Assembly (NCBI RefSeq): GCF_000485595.1
Contig: NW_014577090.1
Location: 734,322 to 789,295, forward strand
Origin: Priapulus caudatus
Lineage: Eukaryota
DNA: 54,974 nucleotides
Direction of reading: 5' to 3'
Shown: in pieces, positions 37,201 through 50,836 of the stretch
Layout: each line of letters starts with the position of its first letter
How positions within the stretch are numbered: position 1 is the stretch's first letter
Notes under the pieces: generated by a model
The model's input: the letters and a program-made list of their open reading frames with translations, nothing else
What the model was told of the DNA's origin: nothing
The model's database searches: none
Translations under genes and position numbers: made by a program

Positions 37201-40200
37201 AGAGGACAAGCTCGCCGCTACCGCGCGCATGTTTGAGAAGAAATATGTGAGTAGCGCTCTCTCTCTATTTAGTTCTAATCAGGAACCAGTTTCAATTTTG
37301 AATTGAGTTACTGGCGGGGAGAAAAAATGACTGATGAGCATGTGTTAGTATCAATGATGCAACCGTAATTCTGCACTAAGTTTCCACATATGTTATTCGG
37401 TTAAATTAACTTTCATTTATCATTTATAAATCATTCTGCTTTAGATATTAACAATAAATAAATGAAACCCTTACTTGGAAACTGTTGATCATTTATAATT
37501 GAGATGATTACACGAACAGTCTTATTCAGTGATGATGTAACATGCCATGTTATGGCTTATGTGTGCATAGATCCATACACACGGCAAGCTTGTAATTTTT
37601 CATCATTAGAATAGTGAAGGTCATCATTAGAATAGTGAAGGTCATCAATATTTCAGTGTTCATTTGAATTCTTCATTATTCATGCCTTATACTAACGGTA
37701 TGTATTGACAAACTGGTTGTAGAAAAACTTTGTGTAGATGTCCTCTCACCGTGTCGTCATTTGCGGCAGTCTTGCTGATGTGTGTTTACAACAGGGGTGA
37801 ATACTCTACATGATTGTAGATGTTTCACTCTTGATTACAGGTGTACTGGGTTCTGTTGCTTACTGTCAGCATGTATGCCGGTGATGTTACTGTGGAAACC
37901 CCTGCCTTGGTGAGGTCATGACCCGGTTGACATGAGGTCGTGACCCAGTCCGTGTGAGGTTGTTTCCAGGTCATGATGTGGGTGTTTTTGCATCCGTTGC
38001 AGGGCCAGCACACGGCTTCAGGGAAGCGTGGGAAAACGAGAAAACATGGACGCTGGGAAGATGACCTTGACCTTGGGATGGGATACGACGACACTGATCC
38101 ATTTATCGACAATGACGAAGCAGTGAGTATATATATGAACGCCACGCCCCGTCACACGTACAGAGATGGCGTAGTGGGGAAAGAACATCACACTCCTTGT
38201 AGATAGCCTAAGTTATGGGGAAGCAGTGGTGTAATCATTGCACTACGCATTGCCCCCGTGCCAAACGCCCGGTCATTAGCGTTTTTTCAAGGTGTTAACT
38301 TTGCGGTCGCCATGGTTACAGTACGATGAGCTCGTGCCATCTACGATGACAACTCAGTACGGAGGCTTCTACATCAACTCTGGCGAGCTGGAATTCCGGG
38401 ACATATCTGACTCGGACAATGATACATCTGACTTCAAACTGATGAAGAAGAGGAAGATGGTGAAGGTAGCAATTTCTTCTGTAACTGACAGGGTAACAGC
38501 ATCGTGTGTCGCCATTAGTAGTTCAGAGGAGTCGAATTCGGTTTTGCAGTATCCACCTGTTTGTGTGCTCTCTGTTGCATGGATGAATGGTGTTTGCTGG
38601 AGAGTCAATGATGCTGCCTCTGTCTACGTTACCACTTCTAGCTGTTTTAATGTTAACGTTTGATCAATGTCAATTTACGGCTTGTTTTAATGACGGTGTT
38701 TGGCTTTATAGGAAGTTGACTCATTCGTCTAAACGAAATATTCATGTCCCCTAGAATAATATTCTTCCTAACTCTGCCTTGGATATTCATCCTTCTGGCT
38801 TCTTAGATCTGTTGGCAGGTCAAATTGTAGACTTTGATGCACTGTGTTACCCAGGATTTCCTTTTAGAACTTCTAATCGCAAACATGTTTGCATAGAGTT
38901 GCCTGTCAGCCATGCTAGCAGATAGGCTCATTTGATACGGTGATTATTTGTGAATGTGAGGGTACTTACGGTTATCCTGATAGTGTAATAATGTCTCATT
39001 ATTCTCTGGACCTGCAGAGTCGAGTGTTACGCAGCTCGGATGATGACGAACCTCCGTCCACTGACTCTGGCACCATGCCAAAGAGAAAGTTCAAGGTACC
39101 GGTATATAATGTTTGTGTGATGTGTCTCTTACGGCTATCATTGTTATATGGGAGATCAACAACAGCGGCGTTGCTAATTTTGAGTGTTAACTTTTTTTTT
39201 GAGATAGTATTTCTTTGTTTTTATTCGGCTTTAGAAGAAGATGACCAATGGAATTGATAGTGTGCGGAGGAAAGACGGAGACAATGTATACAAATCTACC
39301 AAAAAATCTAAAAGGTGTATTTACAAATTGCTAGCATCGATGATTCTCAGAGTAAATTTGTCTCAATAATGAATATACTTGTCGTTGTCATTGAATCTAT
39401 CTCGTAGATTCACTAGCCTGTGAGCAGCTGTACTTCTCGTCATCATCGTATGGCACTGAAAACTTGGTATGATGTGCATTCTAATGCAGAGTTTTGACGA
39501 ATTTCGTTTAGTGCCTTCATCGGTTCCACGATGAAGCGAAAGACAGTGGCTGACCTGCTAAAACAAAAGGCCATCCATCAGGCGAATGCAACGTCGCAGA
39601 GCAAGATGAACCAGCATCAGCAGGATCAGATAGCAGACGCCATTAACAGCGTTGTCATGGCGTCCGTACAGACAGTCAGTGGGGAGACAGCGGTGGTGGC
39701 GCAGGACAGCGATAGTCAGGAACAGCTCGGTAATTATTCAGGTTGCGTGCGGTGCCTGATGCAAGAGTCCTTGGTCTTTAGTCATTATTCATTGAATTTA
39801 GATATGTAATCTTTGTATTCATAGGTATGAGTAATTTAGTCTTTAGTCTTTGTATGTGAGCCTGTAGTGTTGCAGTCATTAGTTTTAAGTCATTAGTCTT
39901 GAGTCTTACAAAGAAACCCAGCGAAATGGGCAGCTGTTTGAACGTCTAAACAGATTATATATGGCCTCACTTAAAGTGAAAGTAGGCAGTAATATCGAGT
40001 CTAGTACCACGTACAGACTGCAAACTTTGATCCTACATCAAATTAGTCTGGATCAGGTCTGGGTTAGACGTGCACTAAATCGCAGTGTACAGACACAAAA
40101 TACTCAAACATTGAGGGGGCTAACTTAGCCTGGACTAGCGTGTATTTAGCCTGGGATAATGTATACACTGCAAAAATTGATTTATGAACAAATTTACCTG

Positions 40201-43200
40201 TACGGGTATAAGTTGGCCGTTCAGTTCCTCTCCTACCAGATGTGGCTTACACCAGTGTGGTTACCATGTTTTGTTACCGTATAACTACCACATCAGCTGT
40301 ATGATTCTACTCTTGACTCTGGCTAAGCTAACTACATAATATGTATTACAATCATGTGAAATGACGCCCGTCTGCATGGATTTATTGCTACCATCCTGAC
40401 GATGGAGTTGTGATAAGGTCTGTGTGCAGGCATTAGTTGACATGGCAGATGTTGTCTCGTAGTTCTTTACGATGAATAATCTTTCTCGCTCGTCAAAGGG
40501 CACGGTTCAATGGTGGACGACGTTGATCGTGACACCGGCGGCAGCGGTTCTCACTCGCCAAACGTAGGAGGCGCTCCACACAAGCCGGCAGATGGAGGTG
40601 GTGGCGCTTCACCTAAGTTACCGGACGAACTTCCTAAACAACTGGTCGACTACATCAACATGATCAAACAGGTGTGTTGGCATTGGGTCAGAGGTCAAAC
40701 TGCCATAGCTGCACTGTATAAAGGGATGTGTCCCATTAATCAAGTGATGCATGGTTCCTCCTGGCAGTTTCGCTGAACTCGATGAAGATAATAGTTGTAA
40801 ACATGTTTGATGGTCACGACATTTCAAAGTTGAAACGATTAACCATAACTGCACTAGATGGGCGTGCATGTTGATTCTAGCTGTCCGCTATTTCAAACAA
40901 ACTGTTTGTTTTACTCCGTACAATTTTTCACATGCCATTATTGTTTTATACTATAGAAAACGAGTTTTGGTACACAAGTTTACATGAAGAAGCAATATGA
41001 AATAATGTCCAGTCCTCAGTGTTTTATCTAGTTGCATATCATAAGTTTCGTGTAAACTTGTCAATTTATCGATGTGTGTTATTCTCTGCAGGCTGCGAAG
41101 GTATCAGAAGAAGGAAAACGCAAGTTTTTCATGCCAGAAGTAAACAACATGCTGTTGGAGTAAGTAAAAATAATTACTATAACTGCATTACATAAATTAG
41201 CAGCTCAATAACTGGATGATATTCCTTGATATCTATCTAGATTTATTTTGTATTAGCAAATTATATTACTGGTTATGGTAATGCTGACGATGAAGAGTGA
41301 TGGTAATAGTAGTGGTGGTGATGCTGATGGTGATAAAGATGATGATTATGATGTTGATTATGATGATGATGATAATGATGATGATGATTATGATGTTGAT
41401 TATGATGATGATGATGATTATGATGATGATACTGAAGATGATGGAACATATCTGATGCTCTTCATTATAGCAGCGGTGATACTGATAGCACTGGTGTTGC
41501 TGTTGCTGCTGCTGCTGTTACAGAGTGGTAGTCTTTATGGTAATTATTTTTAACAACACTGACACCTGGTCGCCTTCTCCTCTGCAGGATAGAGAGGCTG
41601 AGTAAGCAGCAGCTAGTCGGTAAGCGTTCCCTAATCTACACTCACCTAGCCGCACATCTTCCCTGTGGCAAGGAAACCCTATTGAAACGAGCAAAGAAGC
41701 TGTTGCTGGATGAGTTGGAGGATGCTATGAAGGCTCCCATACTAAAGCTAAAGCAAGGTAAAGCCTGGATTGTTGACAAGTGGTCGCAGGGCTAGTTGGG
41801 GGGGGGGCACGGATAGTGGTAGAATGCGTGTAGAAGAGAGGTTTTGGTCGAGGTGGCCATTTACACTTGTGGTAAATTTTAATATTAAGGTTGGGAATTT
41901 CTTAAAGGCAGGCAGAAATATTAGCAGTTATTGTGATTAAATATCATTATCGTTATCGTGATTAAATGTTATGCGCATTTGCTACTAGTATCCAAGCTAT
42001 ACAAGTTATCGTCGATCAGTTGATAACATGGCCGGGTTGTGCATTGCAGCAATAGCAGCAGCCATGACTGCACAAGTAGCAGAATACAAGAAGCTATGTG
42101 AAGCTGTAGGAACCACTGCAAAGTAGGCAAATCTTAAATACCATAACACTTTTTTAAATATTGTTTTATTACCATGAAAGATACACAACAAGAACCATGT
42201 ATGTGTGGCCAGACCGTTCGCTACTTCATGGGTCGAAATTAGCGGTATCCCGATATCTGCGGGATAGTAGATTCTTGTGTTGGATACAAGATTTCAATGC
42301 TGTCGTGAAAAATCGTCAAAATCGGGATAGTGCTTGTTGAGTTATCAACTTTATATGGCAGCGCATCTGAGCGAGTGCGCGTAGAGCGAGTGCACGCGAT
42401 CTGAGCGGGCTCAGGCACCCTTACTATGCTGAAGGGGTCGTTGTCGTATCAGGTACTACATATATGTACCCGAGGTACATATATGTATACACAAAGTGTA
42501 CCAGACTTGTACTACAGAAGTGTACCCTAACCCTAACCCTAACCCTAAACGTACCTCATATAAAAATGTAAACATAATACTAAACAACCTAAAACTACCT
42601 CGGGTACATATATGTAGTACCTGATACGACAACGACCCTTCGTGCCTTACTATGCCACACTAGCGTTATACAGCAGGCATAGCATATTTGCAAGCGCAAG
42701 CGTAAACGTGGCCGTTGTTGATCATAAATGTGATGTGTATACATTTGTATAAAGCGAACCAGACAATGCGTCTAGACAATACGTATGCAGTGTACTTGTC
42801 TGTGCATATCTGTGAATCTGTTTTCATGTTTTTATATAATATTTACATTACATATTAATAATTTTCAAATGCTATTATTGCATATTTCAAGATTTTGGAT
42901 ACCAACATTGTTGAAATTATTATCCAAAAAATGGGATACCAGATCGTTGGGGGGGATACCAGATTTCAATACCTGGTATCCCGAATGGATACCATAATAA
43001 AAATCTAATTTCGACCCCTGTACTTACATGTTCATACTTCAGTACTCTCACTTCATTATATCAGATTTTCCTTACCATTTATGTTCATGATTAGTTTTTG
43101 GGTCGCGGCTGTGCTGGGATGTCATGCTTTTATTAACTTGTGGTTTGCGGCTTTGCAGGGACGGTGAGAATATTACAGAATCCGCAGATGATGACAACAG

Positions 43201-46200
43201 CATGAAGAGTGAGGAGAAAGCAAAGCGCATGCCTCGCCGTGTCTTTAAATGGACAGACAGAATCAGGTATACCTTATATGGCTCTCAGCGATTTTTTCTC
43301 TCTCTGTCTCTCTCAAACTGTGGATGTTTTAGGCAGAGTAGATTTGAATGTAATTAAAAATTGTTTAAACAAGTTTCACAAGTGTCTCAACACATGTGTC
43401 GAATATAACAAGACGAGTTTGGATAAGATAGGTGTACACGATATACGATAACAGGTGTTTTTAATGGTAATGGACGACGTTCATGATAACGGGTGTTGTT
43501 AATTATAAAAGGTGCCGTTAAATACAATGAGCATTGCTAATGGTAGGGTGCAACACGTCTGTTGATTGCGTCATCGTTGACACAGGTCGCTGCTGAACGA
43601 AGTGGTGGTGCTGCGATTGCGCATTTACGACACGGCGAAGATTCGCTCTTACACATCTGAGGATTACGTGAAACAGTTCTTGGAAACCTCGCTGAAACCG
43701 ATGTGGCCTGTTCGCTGGATGAATGTCAGGTAGCTGCTCACCGCATCCACACCCACCTCATTGGCTGTCTCGCCTTAGTCTTCTGATTTCTGACTCGCAC
43801 ACATGATTATACACTTACATTGTCATGACCGATGTGTGCATGTAAAGCAAGTGAGCGTGACAATGTGCTGTTATCCTGTATACATTTTTTTCATAATATT
43901 TTTCCAGGATTTTGTTCAGAGAGTCGCGTGGTGCACATTCTGATGTCACTATGAGCTTGTAAGTATATGAAGTGGTCAGAACCTTCATCAGTCATCAGTC
44001 CTCTGATCTTATTGTGCTATTATTAGTTTCTTAGATATTGCATTTTATCCTGTTATAAATTTGGGATTATGTAACATGTTATCAAATGTTAATTTACCTA
44101 TATGTAACAATTTCAGTATTACTTTTAATTTTGATATCCCTATTTAATAATAGTATTATTATTTATTATTTATTTTATATACTTTTATTTAGTGTTTCAC
44201 ATTCTGCAAATTTAAATAATGGTTTAGCTTGTGTAGTGACCATAGCAACAATATTGTGACTAATAATTATAATTGGTTGATAGCCCAAAGCAGGCGACGC
44301 TTTCGAGAAAGGTGGTGAGTCCGTTGGCTGCTTCCTCTCCCCCCATCGACACCCCACCACTCACCGCTACCCAGCCAGCATTCACCGAACCGCTGACGAC
44401 CACTACCCACAGTACAGCCATTACCGCCAGAGTGCAAACTGCAACGGATAGCCCCAGCACGGCGGCGCCGCCAGCGCATGTTGGAGCGCCCTCTACAGGC
44501 GACGGTGCGGCCACGAAGTCCCACAAGCGGCCAGAATCTCACAAGCCGGCGAAGCAGCGCGACGACAACGCCGGATGCGCGGACGAAGAGCAGGAGATGG
44601 GTGCGCCCTCTGGCGACGACCTTGACCTGATGATAACGCCGTACGCCCTCACCTCTCTGCCCGACGACGCGTTTGTGTCGGACATCCTCAGCGCGTCGTC
44701 GGGGCTGTTCGAGCGTCTGCCCTCGCCGCAGCATCCGTCCGCGAGCGTCGCCGCAGCGACAACTTCCTCCCAGCCTGGCGTCGCCACGTCAGCGGCGGCG
44801 GCGGCGACGACGGTTGCTGCCGCGACTAGGCTGGTGTCGGTTGGGGATCTCGTCGCGTCGGTCACCGAGCAGGCGCTGGGAAGTAAGCCGGACAAACCTT
44901 TGTGGATGTCACCGCCGCGCAACGCTGACGCAAGCGAACCGGCCGCCAAGAAAGCCAGCCCGCCGCCGTCGTCGTCACGGCAACAGACCGACTCTGTTGT
45001 CGGCGAGGCGCAGCCGAAGGCAGAGGCGACGTCAGTGAGTGTTGCGTCTTGGAGGAAAACAGCGGGCGAGGTGGACGCGAATAACCAATCGACCGGCACG
45101 GGTATGGTCCCCTTGGTGCCTGAGCTTGTCTCCTGGAGGCAGGCCTCCGCCACCACAGTCAGCAGCAGCAGCAGCAAGCAGGCCAAGGACGTGTCAACGA
45201 GCGACGAAGCTCACCTCACCGACACTCTCAACCTGTTCTCGCGTACGCAGTCGCTGCTGGCGAGTCTACAGCAGCATGGCAGCGCGGCGACGGAGCGCGA
45301 GCCCGGTGAGGTCGAGGACGTGTATACGGGTCGAAGCATCCATGTCAGCCCGCAAAGGCCACCAGGCGGCAGCACTGTCAGTCCGCAGCGGCCATCAAGT
45401 GGCAACACCGTCAGCCCACAGCGGCCACCAGGTGGCAGCTCCCTCAGTCCACAGCGGCCACCAGGCGGCAGCACTCTTATTCCACAGCGGCCACCAGGTG
45501 GAAGCATTGTCAGCCCACAGGGGCCAGCAAGCAGCAGCACCGTTAGTCCCCCACGCCAACTTGCGACCCAAGCGATGAGTTCGCTGCTGAGAGGCGGTAG
45601 CAAGGCGGCGGCATCGTCGCAGCCGTGGCAGTCGGCGCATCGATCACTGAGTGGTGAGAAGTCATCTCTGCTGCAGTCTGCAGCGTCCGCACCCTCCCCT
45701 AACCATCCCGCACGGCAACCGTCTCCTCAGCCTCCCACTGTCGTCGATGCGGAGGAGGAGCAGAGGCTGCTGCTGCAAGCTCTGGCTGAGCACAGGCTGC
45801 AGCAGGCGTCCCGCGGGGAGGTCCGGTCAATGCCGGGGTCAAAGGTCGACGGGAAGTCGCAGCAAGCGTCCAGGGGGGAGGGAAGGTCCTCCCAGGTGTC
45901 CAAGGTCGAGGGAAGGTCAGCACAGCCGGTAAGCGTTCGTGGCGAGGGAAGGTCTACGCAGCATGGTGGAGTGAGCCGTGTGGAGGGGAGATCAGCCCAG
46001 CATGCCAGCAGCAGCCACACAGGGGCAGCAGCATCACTGCAGGCATCCCGTGCCGGCGAGCGGCCGGGGGCACACGCAGCCGGAGTGCGGGGAGAGGGGC
46101 GGTTATCCCAGCATGCCTCTGGCAGCAGCAGCAGAGGAGAGCAGAACGTGACGCAGAGTGGGAAGCTGGAGAGGGAGCGACACAAGTCTCCTGCGCGCGC

Positions 46201-47689
46201 GGACCAGCAGAAATCTCCGCACGGAAGCTTCCCTTTAAGCTCCTCCCCTCACAAGACGTCCCCGCACAGCACAAAGTCAGAGAGGGAGTCACCATCCACG
46301 GCGCGTTCGTCGGAGCGGAAGAAGTCTTCCGCAGCAGGCAGTAGCCCTGTGTCGCACCACATCTCTACACCACACAGCTCCCCGTCAGCCTACATCTCAC
46401 AGAGCATTTACAGGTATGCTTCGCCAACGTGCGCATGCAGGATGCAATTCTCACTATACGTAGTCGTCGCATTTGAGCGAGGGAAATTTTCCTGTTTGCT
46501 ATGCTATGTTTATGGGTAATTTCTAATGTGATATTCTGTTTGGGCATGTCAACATGGAGGTGCTCAGTGGTGCGCCACAGTCTGTATTGCATTTTTTTCA
46601 ATTACTGCAATACATTTGCATTTCTTTGATTGAAATTTTGTTCCATGTAACATACTGTGATCATTTGTTTCTGCCTACAGCAGCATGCACGACTCTGCTA
46701 GCCGAGCACAGTCGAGTCTGTTCCGCCCGTTCCCACCGGTCATGATGCCAGATTTCACTACTTACTCTGCAATGGATGCGTTCAGTGCTGCGCAGCTCAC
46801 GCAAGCTCAGCTGCTGTCACAGGTACCACACGCGGCAAACCACACTCTCTCGTAGTGCAACAGCACCTATAACAACACCTGACGATTCCTAGGCAGCAGC
46901 CCAATGTGCTGTCATCTCAACTCTGTTCGTCCTCGATCACAGCGGAGTAGTCAATCTAATTCTCTGTTGCTTTATTTCACGATAAGGTTAACCGTTAAGG
47001 TTCTCTAGCCGCACATCGAATTATTCTTCCTATGATAAACTATACCGATGTTCTTACAGGTGTCATTGAACAATGCATTGTATCTGGGTGCGGCAAGAGA
47101 TGGCAGCACCGGTACTTCCTACCCTAGCCTCAATATCCCGTCAACGTCGCAGACAACATACTCACAAGCAGCACCCTCTGTGTTCAAATCGGCACAATCT
47201 TCTCAGGGTAATACATTAGTCGTGGTAAAGGATCAACTCTTCAATGTGTCCAGCCATCCATGTACAGTTTGAAACGATGCTTCTCTGTGCAGATGTAACG
47301 TGATGTCACGTAACATGCGGCCAAAGACGTATATATACCTGAGTACATCAGCCGTACGCATGTATGTATGCAAGCATGCTCTAGCTTCCCATACAATTAC
47401 ATTACGTTGTTGTGACTCGTGTGGTGTAACGTGCTGCTACACAGACGCTTTTGTTAATTGCAGGGCTTTATATTTGTTGTTGTCCTGGTCTAATTCTTCT
47501 TCCTTCTCGATTGGAGGTTTCTCCTTGCAGGATGATTTCAAGCCTTTGTGTCTTTATCGCATTGCTATATCAGCAAACGTGAGTGTGATTGTGTTACGTA
47601 TTATGTTCATAGGTTCTAGCACCCCATCGTCTAGCCAGGCCGGATCCACCTCACCACTGTTCACTCGCCCCGGCTTCAGCAGCAAATAA
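34217..47689 (+). CDS. UBN: Ubinuclein (UBN1/UBN2/yemanuclein family, HIRA complex H3.3 chaperone subunit), ~1393 aa
   Basis: 18 phase-consistent exons: 34217-34381, 37148-37246, 38003-38122, 38322-38459 (or 38465), 39018-39095, 39235-39314, 39512-39729, 40499-40671, 41092-41159, 41588-41757, 42050-42122, 43159-43266, 43586-43729, 43908-43958, 44284-46413, 46681-46822, 47060-47207, 47613-47689. HRD motif [32 protein letters not shown]; middle domain [43 protein letters not shown]. Confidence 0.93.
36449..36622. mobile_element. Small MITE
   Basis: 20-bp TIRs GTGGCTATATGCCCGGCAGC / GCTGCCGGGCATATAGCCAC with internal TGCCGGGCA repeats; TSD not resolved. Confidence 0.65.
36820..36859. mobile_element. 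40-bp palindrome made of two fused P-like TIR tips
   Basis: CAGGAGAAGATAATAGGGAATTCCCTATTATCTACTCCTG; nearly identical to the ends of 30043-30798; ATATAT flanks. Confidence 0.7.
41290..41445. repeat. (GAT)n intronic microsatellite
   Basis: Directly visible. Confidence 0.9.
42227..43020. mobile_element. hAT-like MITE (same family as 20861-21324), 5-bp TSD, with nested insertion
   Basis: CATGGGTCGAAATTA..TAATTTCGACCCCTG; TSD TACTT; internal sequence colinear with 20861-21324. Confidence 0.9.
42428..42645. mobile_element. TIR MITE carrying (CCCTAA)n, copy 2 (inverted relative to 8382-8645)
   Basis: Same TIRs and body; ~4 telomeric units; CTTACTAT duplicated on the flanks; the empty site is visible in the other host copy at ~21030. 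Confidence 0.88.
45344..45556 (+). repeat. 33-bp coding tandem repeat ([15 protein letters not shown] x~7) in ubinuclein
   Basis: Visible in both the DNA and the translation of ORF 44273-46519. Confidence 0.9.
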
Positions 47690-48463
47690 CATCTAGAGCT
47701 TGGGTTAAACAAAGAAAAGACATCTCTTCTCCAGGCACAAGCCATAAGGAACTGCAACAGCTGCCAAGACGAGAGTGATTGTTCAACCCTTTGCACAGGA
47801 GCTCGTGGTAGCAGCCCTCCGATCGAGACCCACCCGGGTAGCAATGCACCACTAGGGGGCACCGCTTCCAGATATAGCCGAGTGGCGCCACAAAGGGTGA
47901 TTCTCTGTGAAATCTGTATTGAGTTCTTCATAAAGGAGAGCTGCCAGTAACTGCTATGAAGCCACCACAAGGTGGCTCCACTGCTAGTGGAAGCTGAGCG
48001 TGGAGCATGCCACAGAACTCTCTAGAGATTATAACTGCAGGAAGGAATTTGTCGCCTCCCGGTTATAAGCGAGACTGCGTGGCAACAACCACAATAAATC
48101 AGTTACAACTATCCTACCAGAGCTGCTGCAGTCATCTGCTACTGTCAGCTAGCCTCATGTCCACCGATGCTCAGATTTCAACGCCATTCTTCTGTGTGTA
48201 GTGTGTGTAGGACGTACTGTAATGCTGGTTGTAAATGTGTAGGGGTGAACGAGCAGGTGTGTATGAAAATACATCTGCTGCGATTTACCTGTAATCTTGC
48301 TGTACATCGTAGCGTATATTCCAGTAAGTTGTTGGGTGCATGTGTGCCGGCAGTGAAACGACAGCAAGCATGTTGGGTCTTTATATACCTTGTCATGGGT
48401 AGCTAATGTTGCTATGATCGTTTCTGTGTTCATGCTGTCATCATGGAGTGGTTATGGTAGCAT

Positions 48464-49219
48464 CAAGAGCGTATTAAGAAGGAGAGCGTACAATGGTGAA
48501 ATGCTGAAACCATGTTGCAGTATTAGTCGAATTAATCAACTTTCCCCGTTTTATTTTGACGATTCTTTGCAGTATTATTGATCAGCTGTCCTACCTTGTT
48601 AATATAAAACAAACCGCCTGTCCCTACGATGCCTCTACGCTGAGATAATGAGCGGTGGAAATCTGGTATTTCCACCGAAACCCGACTCGAGATCAGTGTT
48701 TACTGCAACTGTCTCTCGTTTTGTGGACTGTATGTTGCTTCCGGTCGCCGCTGTGTAGCGCTGACTCGATACGTTATTACTACAGCATTACTACATCCAG
48801 CGTAAGGGGCGGGTCATTACCATGGCGATAAATAACAAGGCGTTTTTGTGGAGTAATGGCTGCGTCAATGACTGGAAATGCGAGCAAAGATAGTAGAAGG
48901 AAAAGAAATTTTATTGTCAATGAATGACGTAAACACGCAAGGTTTCCCGAAGCTATCACCAGAACGAGAGACAGTTGGAGTAAACACTGATCTCGAGTCG
49001 GTTTTCGGCGAAAATACCAGATTTTCACCGCTCATTATCTCAGCGTAGAGGCATCGTAGGGACAAGCGGTTTGTTTTATATTAGCATGGTAGGACAGCTG
49101 ATCAATAATAACACAAAGAATCGTCAAAATAAAACGGGCAAAGTTTATTAATTTGACTAATACTGCAGCATGGTTTCAGCATTTCACCGTTGTATGCTCT
49201 CCTTCTTTATACGCTCTTA
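48464..49219. mobile_element. 756-bp P-like foldback downstream of the ubinuclein stop, 7-bp TSD
   Basis: CAAGAGCGTATTAAGAAGGAGAGC..GCTCTCCTTCTTTATACGCTCTTA; arms ~48464-48722 and ~48963-49219; TSD GTAGCAT. Confidence 0.88.
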
Positions 49220-49489
49220 GTAGCATCTATAACGGCTGCATCATCAACCAAGAATCGTTCACGTTGCTCTGGTTTATACAGTCGTTACAAAAGGTTTTAC
49301 TAATCGACTATTAAGTGCAAAACGTCAACGTAATGTATATTGTTAGGAAATTGCAAGCAATGCAAAGATATCCACTACCATAACGTTAGAATACAAATGG
49401 TGTAACTGCATATGTAAATATTGTGTTGTATGAGATAGCGGAGTTGATGTTATGTGTTAATTAACTGAAGTTGTGTTTGCAAGTCATCA

Positions 49490-49602
49490 GTGTGTGTGTG
49501 CGTGCGTTCGTGTGTGAGCATGTGTGTGTGTGCATGTGTGCATGTGTGTGTGTGCGTGTGCGTGTGTGCGTGTGTGCGTGTGTGCGTGTGTGCGTGTGTG
49601 TA
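49490..49602. repeat. (TG)n/(TGCG)n microsatellite
   Basis: Directly visible. Confidence 0.9.
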
Positions 49603-50836
49603 TGCCTGTGTCACTGATGCGCAACTGCATAATTTGTTTCTTTGTAACCAGCTGCAAAAAATTGTACTACAGTATTCTTATGTGTGTAAATCATGTGTCT
49701 GGCATCCAGTAACATTTGGAAAAACCACATAAACGTCGTTCACTGTGAACCAAACTATGGGCATTGCAGCCGGTGCCTAGTACTGCGTGTGTTTTGTATG
49801 TGTGCGTGGCTGTGTGTGGCGTATGTGTATGCAGGCGTGCATGTTTGTGTGGCAAGTCATAATAGAGGTCATATTCTACAGTTATATATGAGACAAAGGG
49901 GTGTTTTATTACATCAATAGCCATTTCTACCGTATTTCCTGAACTAATTTTGTAAGCTATTATTTATTAGGTATTTCTTCGACGACAGTAGATGCAGGCC
50001 ATTTAAAACGTTTTGATTTTTGTGTGCCGGGCATTATCCAATCAAATAATGATAGCAGTTTTCTCTTATAATAAAGAGGGTTAACTTCATGTATGTCACT
50101 GTGTAATGAAATTAGTGAATGTTTGACAGAAGCATCAAATTAAAAGACTGACTTGCCGTTTTCACATTTATATTGTGGTCAATTGTAAAATATCACGATT
50201 TCCCCTCAAAATATTTCCATAAACAATAATGGAACATACCTAAAATATATCTTGAATTTTAAAAGTAGGACTGGCTTACAACTCCTACTGCAGCATACTC
50301 TTACCATAGCTGTATGCGACTATGAGTGTAATAGCGAATGTGTATTTCTTCCTTATATATGACAGTTCCTTAGTGTCTGTAAACTGTAAATGAAGATATT
50401 TCCAGTAGAATCTCAATTGTAAAAATTCCTATACACACATATCCATATGTATATATACATGTAAAAATACAGGTAAAGATATTTGCCATCACACGCGTAT
50501 ACGGTTATTAACTCACACAACTGCATTGTTCTCTTGAGATAACCTAATTTATGTACATGTAATATCACATTGGCGCGATGATCACAGGTGTGATAATAAT
50601 TAACCAATCCGCCTCATGTGACTTGGAGGCAGCCTTAGCCTTTGTTGCGATAGGTCAGTAGGACGTAATATTAAAAGACAATACTTCGCAATGACATGCC
50701 GCAGTCGAAAATTTGACGTGCATTAATTTAAAACACGTTCAAACCGATCTGGCTTGAACGACCCAGCAGCAATATGCAAGGGGGAGTGGATGAATCTCAC
50801 CCATACGGATAGGGAAATACTTCCCGTAACAACGCG

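Noticed and set aside
41275..41553. Acidic poly-D ORF with a TM-like tail
   Set aside because: (GAT)n and (CTG)n microsatellites within a ubinuclein intron; the flanking exons join in phase without it.
44539..46295. Long antisense and alternate-frame ORFs over the big ubinuclein exon (also 51146-51661 over TMEM104)
   Set aside because: Expected shadows of GC-rich coding sequence.
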